NCBI GenBank assembly: GCA_008632985.1
Contig: QPGO01000115.1
Span: forward strand, 1 to 64,000
Length of the DNA stretch: 64,000 nucleotides
Direction of reading: 5' to 3'
Origin: Psammoneis japonica
Lineage: Eukaryota
In this document: positions 57,108 to 64,000 of the stretch, in pieces
Layout: each line of letters opens with the position of its first letter
How positions within the stretch are numbered: position 1 is the stretch's first letter
Program-made: the position numbers and the translations under genes
Notes under the pieces: generated by a model
Database searches by the model: none
Seen by the model: the letters and a program-made list of their open reading frames with translations, nothing else
What the model was told of the DNA's origin: nothing

Positions 57108-60100
57108 ATGGAACGCTATGGCGACTTGCCTCAGAAGGAGCGGGCATTGGTGTGCGTTTGGTGGTCAAAGGCTCGATCGAACGATGAGCTTATCGCAAAG
57201 CTGTTGTCAGTTATTAATAACGGCATGTTTTCTGGCAATCGTAAGATGAAGGCCGAGATTGTGGATGTCTCACATGGGAAGACAGGAGTCTCCTTGCGTG
57301 GCTGTGGTGCTCATGAGGCAGCGGCGAGTCTCATTGCCCAAGGCCGAAGCAACTTATGGGATGACATTCGCGAGCACAGCACAAGCTGGTTCTGTCCACG
57401 AATTGCGTGGTAAGTTTCATACTTACTGTATTTTTATGTAGTATGATGACATATGTAGACTACTGGCCCGATGTCTTTGTGATTCGTACGTATGAACCGA
57501 CCTTATACACTTGCGTAATGTTTGCTCTTGATCCTGTTGTATATACAGCGTCGACATTGATCTCAACATTCAATGCGTCGCGACATGTCAGCATTGCGGT
57601 GCTTGCAGGCCAAGATCTCTACACGAGTCAGGTGAAATTTGGAGAGCAGAGATTCGCAGCGCTTGTGCCTTTGGTGCCGCTTGCCATCGAGAAACCGTCG
57701 CTGAGACTGAACCGGTCCAACAATCTCGTGTCGCCGCTGCTGGTATACCCGCTTCCAAAAAACGGCCAAGGCTTACGATCGACACCAATATGGTGGATAC
57801 ATCCTCCCATCCTCATGTCAATAATTATGAACGAGTACAATTGACAGTCTGGCAACCCATCATCCATGAACATGGACTCATTTCTGCCATCAAGTCAGCA
57901 TCCCACTTCTCTCGTGGCAACATTGAAATTGCTTCTGCGATCCCGGGCAAGACTGTAATTTGTCTAGTGGGAGCTGGCGCTCATGATGCTGCTCAAAAAC
58001 TGGTCACCGGAAAGGCTCCACGCAACCATGAGAACAAACGCGTGTGGAGGAGCATTACGGAGCATTACCGAGAGTGGCACTGTCCTCGTTTATCGTGTGC
58101 TGGACCATCAAGTTTGCTCAACATTGACGACTCCAATGGTAAACATCGGGAATTTGCTAAATGCAAGGGCTGTAGAGAGGCACGTCCGGCTAATCTGGCC
58201 GAATCGCGACGCATTTGGCTCGAGCAGCTTGAAAGCTGCTTCTTGGCGAAGCATGACTCGTCGCCACCAATTTTGAACAATAACGATACGGGAACTGCCG
58301 ATGCTCCGTCCAATGCTTCATCGTTTACCAGGCCCTCGACTGAGAGTGCAAATCAGAACACGATCGACGATACTGATCTTACGGGAACTGCGCACGCTCG
58401 TGTCATCTCTCGTTCCATTGCCTCATCCTCTACCGAGGGCTCGACTATCAGTACTGAACAGAACACGATTGACAATAGCAACAATAATACGGGAACTGCT
58501 GTCGCTGTCTACGCTCGAACCGTCACTCCGTCCAATGCCTCATACTTCGCCGGGCCATCAAACGTTAACAACATGGACCGGTGGCATAAACAACCCAAGG
58601 GTGAGTTTGGAATTTGGAAACAAGCGATTGATCATGCCGGATATACGTCATCCTCGCCTGAAGTTCTCTGCGACCACAAGATTTTCCTCAACTGGAGTAA
58701 GGATCTTGTCAAGGCGCTGTTAATCAAACCCGATAGTCGAATGTGGGCCTTTGACACCAATCCTAGAAATGGCGCCAAGGGTTGGATCTGGTCGGATTCG
58801 ATCGACACTTTTGTGGATACCTACCTTCATATTGCTCCCGCAAAGCGCCATGCCTACGAAGTTATTGTGCCGGATGTGCCCTGCCGGATGGCTTACGACT
58901 TGGACATGTACTGGTCACCGCGACATGCCGGAGACGGTGGAATCAACACGGACAGGAACGATGTTGAAATGACAAAATCAATCAGTGAGTACAAGATATT
59001 ATGCTTGATTGCTCATTTTTGAACCGTTTCTAATACTTATAGCTTCGACGATCGGTATCTCGCACAGTCAAGGAAACCCACCGATTAATTGAGACAAACT
59101 GGCCCTTTGATGACAAACCAAGCTTCAAGGACGAGATTCTTGTCGCCCATGGGCACAATAAGCGTTCGTATCACATCATTTGCACGACCTACAACAGTGA
59201 GGGAAAGGAGGTACTCATCAAGGACTTTGCTACGTGCAAAAAGATTGCTCTGGCGGTCAATGAAAAACTAGGCCCCGAAATCCAGGTAGATCGCAAACCA
59301 GGCCATGGTGGTAAATCCAATCCTGAACCATGTTCTTTCATTGACCTCGCCATCTACACGAAGGATCGTCCTTTCCGGCTGGTGCTTTCTTGCAAGATTA
59401 CGATTCCTGACCGCCCCTTTAAGGATGTGAAAGGAAGCGTGTTTGATGCTCGCGATGACAAGACCATGGTCATCGATACCCTCATAATTCCTCCAAAGGC
59501 CAACGAAATGCAACATATTGAAATCAACGTAGTCAATGGTGAGAGCTTGATCCCCGAACCTTTCGCTACTGTCAATACGGCCAGCTGCAATGCGACAGAC
59601 GGCAGAAGAGCTGAAGGTTTCACATTGGAGCTTGTTGGAGCCGAGAGTGAAATGAACACTAGACTACTAGATTCCTACAGGCTGATAATTTGGGTGAAAT
59701 AGATTACCCAGTAACAAGCTCGACTGCAGTAGCAGCAGTACCGGCAGTTCGGCCGAGTGCCTACACTCACGACGGGGATGATGTCGACTGTCCTCTTCTG
59801 GACTACGGCAAGGAAAAGGTATTATCAAAAATTTTTGGACGAGATGTACCAAGACCGTTCAGCACGTTGTTGCCGTGGATACATACGTTGGCTTCTAACC
59901 TTCCTGGTGCCAAAAAGATGGGGCAAGTATTCAATGAAGCTCGATACGAATACTCCGAAACTGAGGCGTATGTTCACTTCACTCTTAATCGTGGCTATGC
60001 CTCGTATTGTCACCATATCGGCCGTTCCCACGCAGAGAATAACATCATGATATCTATTGACTTGTGGAAAGGCGTCGCGTATCAACGATGCTGGTATCCG

Positions 60101-60223
60101 ACATGCAAGACCCCAGGGACCAGGGGGAGGGCCAAGAAGCTGCTTTCATGCGAGCCCCCAGACGGTGTCATGCCGTCTGTGGAAGCGATCAGTTTGTTCA
60201 ACCGGACCCGCATCAGCTTATGA
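57108..60223 (+). CDS. PrimPol-like primase-polymerase with a long N-terminal extension; introns 57410-57548 and 58985-59067; frame break near 59660
   Basis: HAYEVI..PCRMAYDLD (motif I), KRSYH (motif II), IDLAIYTKDRPFRL..SCK (motif III), C-terminal Zn finger YCHHIGRSH.ENNI...YQRC..PTC. Confidence 0.8.
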
Positions 60224-60339
60224 GAAGTATGATCCAGCTGAAAACTGCATAGCATGTTGTGTGTCTATGGTGCCACTTGATGGTTAGTTATTCTATTGGC
60301 GGATAGACTTTTCTCTTTCTCTAGCTAGTCGTCTATCCA

Positions 60340-63300
60340 CGGAGATTTGGAGGCAAGGAGCACACCTTGTTTGCCAGGAGCATGGGAGACCGGCGCCTCC
60401 ACTCGAGCATCGACGATGCCCGGACCTGCCAGCAGCTCCTCGGAGCGAGCTCAAGGCTGCACGTGAACACCTCCATCAAGAACAGCAGCCGGCAAGGTTG
60501 AGGGCGAGGTGTTCCGCTGCTGCCTGGAGGGTGATGACAGCTGCACAGATCTAGTCCCCTTCCTGGCACATGGCCATTGTGCTATCAGGCTCAAATCATG
60601 GATTCGAGGTACGAGCTCCACAAAAACATCACGAGAACAGTGCTCGACGAATGGTCAGCGGCCGTTTCCACCTGCAGTGCAGCTGCAAAAAAATGACCAT
60701 GCCACCACAAATGGAGGTCCAAACGAACAACACTACACCAATCCTCACCACATTGATGCACAAATGGATCCTGAGCAGCTTCGTCGCTGCAGTCAATGGA
60801 TCCATTGACTTGCTCCTCATGGCTCTCCTCTGTTTCTCTGGTGCCTCTCATTGAACTCTTCTTGCTTTTGAAAATTACAACTAGTTTCTCCTTGTTGTAC
60901 TGACCTTCACAAAGAAAGATGACACAGTCAACAAACATGATGGAGCACATTCTTCCGTCTTCGGAGGCTTCTTCGGCGGTGCCACGGTGCATCGTTTGTG
61001 TCGCATCGATGCGATGTGGGATCCCACGCAGGACGCAGCACTGATTCTACATGTGTGACGTGGAGGGCCTTAAATCATGACCATCCTGTCATCCTCGCTC
61101 TTCGGACATTTTGGTTCGCGCGACAAAACTCATCAACTGTGCGGATTTGAGAAAGTGGAATAATTTTTTTTCTGACAAGTTCAACGAGATCTTTCATGTG
61201 AACACATGAAAGTGCGAAATGCGCGTGCATTGTGTCGTCTTCATAGATGGAGTTCTTAGCCGGGCCTTAAATTGCGTTCTACTCTGCGGAAACGCACTTT
61301 TGGCAGCTCTTTTCTTCGCACAAAAAACACGCGTTTTGACGACTCGACCATGATGATGCCTCGTGGTGCTTCCCCATCGCCTTCCCAGGATGCCGGTCCT
61401 GCTGACACCGTTGCTGACAATGCCCACGCAACAGACAATGTCATCATTCCGGTTCTCGTGGGTGTGACACACACAAAATAAGATGCTACAAACTCACACT
61501 GTTGTTTGCACGCTGCACTGCCTCCCACAGACACTGTCACGAATTCCAATGCCGCACTTGCGTTTCGGCCCCCTGGCATGCCCGATGCTGTTGCTCCTGC
61601 CCTCATTGCCGCAGGTGCTGTTGATGCTGTCATTGTCTTTTGCCAATGACATCCACAATTGAGTGCTGGCATCTCACACTTTTTTTTTTCTCGCCGCGCC
61701 GCGTCCCAAAGACACTGCAATGAATGCAAACTCCGCACCTGCATTTTGGTCCACTGGCATGCCCGAGACTGTCACTCCTGCTGTTGCTGCCACAGGTGCT
61801 GTTGACGCTGTTGTCACATTTTGCTGACAACGTCCACAATGAAATGCCAGCAACTCACACTTTTTTCATTCTCGCCCCACCGCCTCCCACAGACACTGTC
61901 ACGAACTAAAACGCCGCACCTGCGTTTCGGTCCACTGGCATGCCCGAGACTGTTGCTTTTGCCCTCAATGACACAGGTGCTGTTGACACTGTTGTTGTTT
62001 TTGCTTTGGAAGGAGGACAATGGATGACAGCGGACCAGGAAACCCTCGCCACGGCCTGCTGATGGACGAGTGTTGGTGTTGTGGCACTTGTGCTTTCTGT
62101 GTTTGTTCATGGTTTTCCTCTTTGTCAGCTCTTGATTGTAGTCTGATCTTTAGAATGTGCAGACATGTGTGATGCAGCTCTCTGTAAATTAGAAACCTGA
62201 CAAGATTCTGATGGCAGGCATGCTTTCGCAGTTTTTTAGTTGGACAGGTTGGCGAGCCAGTCTTTGTTTGCAGGCGACTTGGCAAGGTTTCAAGTGAGTG
62301 GTGCATGTGACTTGGACACTGCTCCATTTGCCAGGACCAGGTCATCATCTGCAATTCCATAAGACGCCACTCTGCCATTTGAAATCTGCACATGATGTGC
62401 AACACACTGTTTTTGTAAGTTGCTAAAAAAGAGGCTGGCAGCAACTTGCTTTTGGCAAATGCTCGCTGTGTTTGTCACTGTTGGACCTTCTGAACCAGTG
62501 CCACATTGATGGCCATGCTGCTGCTTTGCATGCCGGCACCTTCTCTGCCAGCATTCCAATGGCTGCGTCCACCTTCATGTTGCTGCGGTTCATCTTGACA
62601 CCTGTTGTTGGCTCCGATTGGTTCCGCTGGGCTGTGGGTGAGTCTCAATCACCTCCAGATGGAGGAGCTTCTTCTTGGGAATCATCCTGAGAAATGCCAT
62701 TGCCACACCTCCTAGATGCTCCTCTGCCATGCCCATGCCCATGCAAGGAGCATCGACCAGTCCATTGGTGCTCGTTGATCCCATGCCTTCGTTGTCCCAA
62801 CCAGCATCGCCTCTGCCGCCTCCAGGCCCGCTTGCATCCACAGCAGTCGGAGCACGAGCAGGATTGTTTCTTGTTGTTGTTTTGTTGTGCTGGATTGTAG
62901 TGCTCAATGACAAATGGCAGCAATGTCGTCCACCGTCAATTTTGGATCTGGTGAAAATGGGCCCAAACTTCAGGATCGCAAATCTGCTGTGTTTGGGTTG
63001 TGACAGCAGGTGCAACGGTGCCGGCCAACACAGGAGGGACCATCGCATCAGATGTGGCAGGCGTGGATACGTCAGGTGGTGCAGGGGACGAAGAACGGGA
63101 GGTCATCATGGTCGAGTCGTCAAAACGCGCGATGTTTTGGTGTGTGCGCAGTCTTCCAAAAAGTGCGTTTCCGCACCCTCGGAGTTTGGAGGTCAGAGTT
63201 TCAGGGGAGCTGTGGAATGAGGATTTTCACTTGTGGAACACACACATTCATGTGGACATTAACATTGAAACTCAACGGACGGCGAAGCCGTGCGCACACA

Positions 63301-63460
63301 ACCACGAACACACGCACAGCTCCCCTGCCACAGGGGTGGGCTGGAACGCGTCTGTGGAAGCCACTGCCAGCTTTTTGTTTGACGTTTGACCCCCTGGGCT
63401 GCCCTGCAGCCCCCAGCCCAGCAAAAGTGTGATCCAGCTGAAAGCCACATGGCAGGGGTG
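60340..63460. mobile_element. TpA-depleted block 5: composite repeat with inverted arms (61285-61357 / 63103-63175) and a TIR-like end at 63338-63352
   Basis: tgcggaaacgcactttt...cgcgttttgacgactcgaccatgatga and its reverse complement; GGGCTGGAACGCGTC is identical to the MITE terminus. Confidence 0.55.
61490..62000. repeat. Three imperfect tandem repeats, about 180-bp period
   Basis: ctcacact...gacactg...ccgcac.tgc.ttt.gg.cc.ctggcatgcccga near 61493, 61673 and 61854. Confidence 0.8.
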
Positions 63461-63813
63461 TCTATCTATGATGGCACTTGACTGTTAGTCATTCTGCAGG
63501 CAGACATTCTTTTTCTCTTTCACTGGTCCCATTGGAAGGTGTGTGACAACATTCTGTTCGCGCAAGTCGCGCAGTAATCCCGCGTGTGACAACCTGCTTC
63601 TTGTTTCCTTGGTGAAACGCGACCAATGCATACGAGAATGAAGAAACTACAGTCGTACCCGTGACTGAAGTGCGAACTCCAACCGCTTTTTGGTGTCAAA
63701 CAGCTGCCGCGATGTGATGGCAATCTTCTCTGCGTTGCGGTCTTTGTTTCATTGTGACTACACTACACTACATTCGAATCGAAAAGAACACTGAAACACT
63801 TCTGAACCGCACC

Positions 63814-64000
63814 ATGATGAAGACCTTTCTTCTATTTGCTCTTGCTAGCACTGTGGCTGCCTTTGGAACAGCTCCGGCTTTCACGACGAAGAGGACGTCG
63901 TTGACGGTTCTCAACTACTACCCGGACTCCAAGTTTGCACGAGCTGTCAAGTGTGCCGAGAAATATGGTCAATGCGACCTGAGTGAGCTTGAGGAACTAG
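63814..64000 (+). CDS. 5' part of a probable plastid-targeted protein (runs off the window)
   Basis: MMKTFLLFALASTVAAF-GTAPAF signal/transit-like start; open frame to the window end. Confidence 0.6.
   Translation, partial: MMKTFLLFALASTVAAFGTAPAFTTKRTSLTVLNYYPDSKFARAVKCAEKYGQCDLSELEEL

Overview
Eukaryotic, most likely diatom, genomic DNA. Support: Lhcf-type fucoxanthin-chlorophyll proteins with AAF-AP plastid-targeting signals, short GT-AG introns, and diatom-type Copia/Gypsy/CRE retroelements. Ordinary gene islands encode a FAX/metaxin-like protein, a MYND protein, a NUDIX protein, three M14 carboxypeptidases, a TMEM45-like protein, a TLC protein, ClpB/Hsp101, two Lhcf genes, a SulP-STAS-cNMP protein, a UBX protein, a DnaJ-X protein and a PrimPol-like protein. 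These islands alternate with five sharply bounded blocks of nested transposon debris (about 7.9-24.5, 27.0-34.3, 35.9-38.4, 51.7-53.3 and 60.3-63.5 kb) in which the dinucleotide TpA is almost absent. Internal comparisons show this is directional TpA->TpG/CpA hypermutation (A->G at TA on either strand): an intact versus converted copy of a 396-bp MITE, the two LTRs of a Gypsy element, and Tyr->Cys/His changes in conserved motifs, including in a host-gene pseudogene. It looks like a RIP-like genome-defence process, opposite in direction to fungal RIP, and it spares duplicated intact genes. All counts are by eye; no database searches were run.
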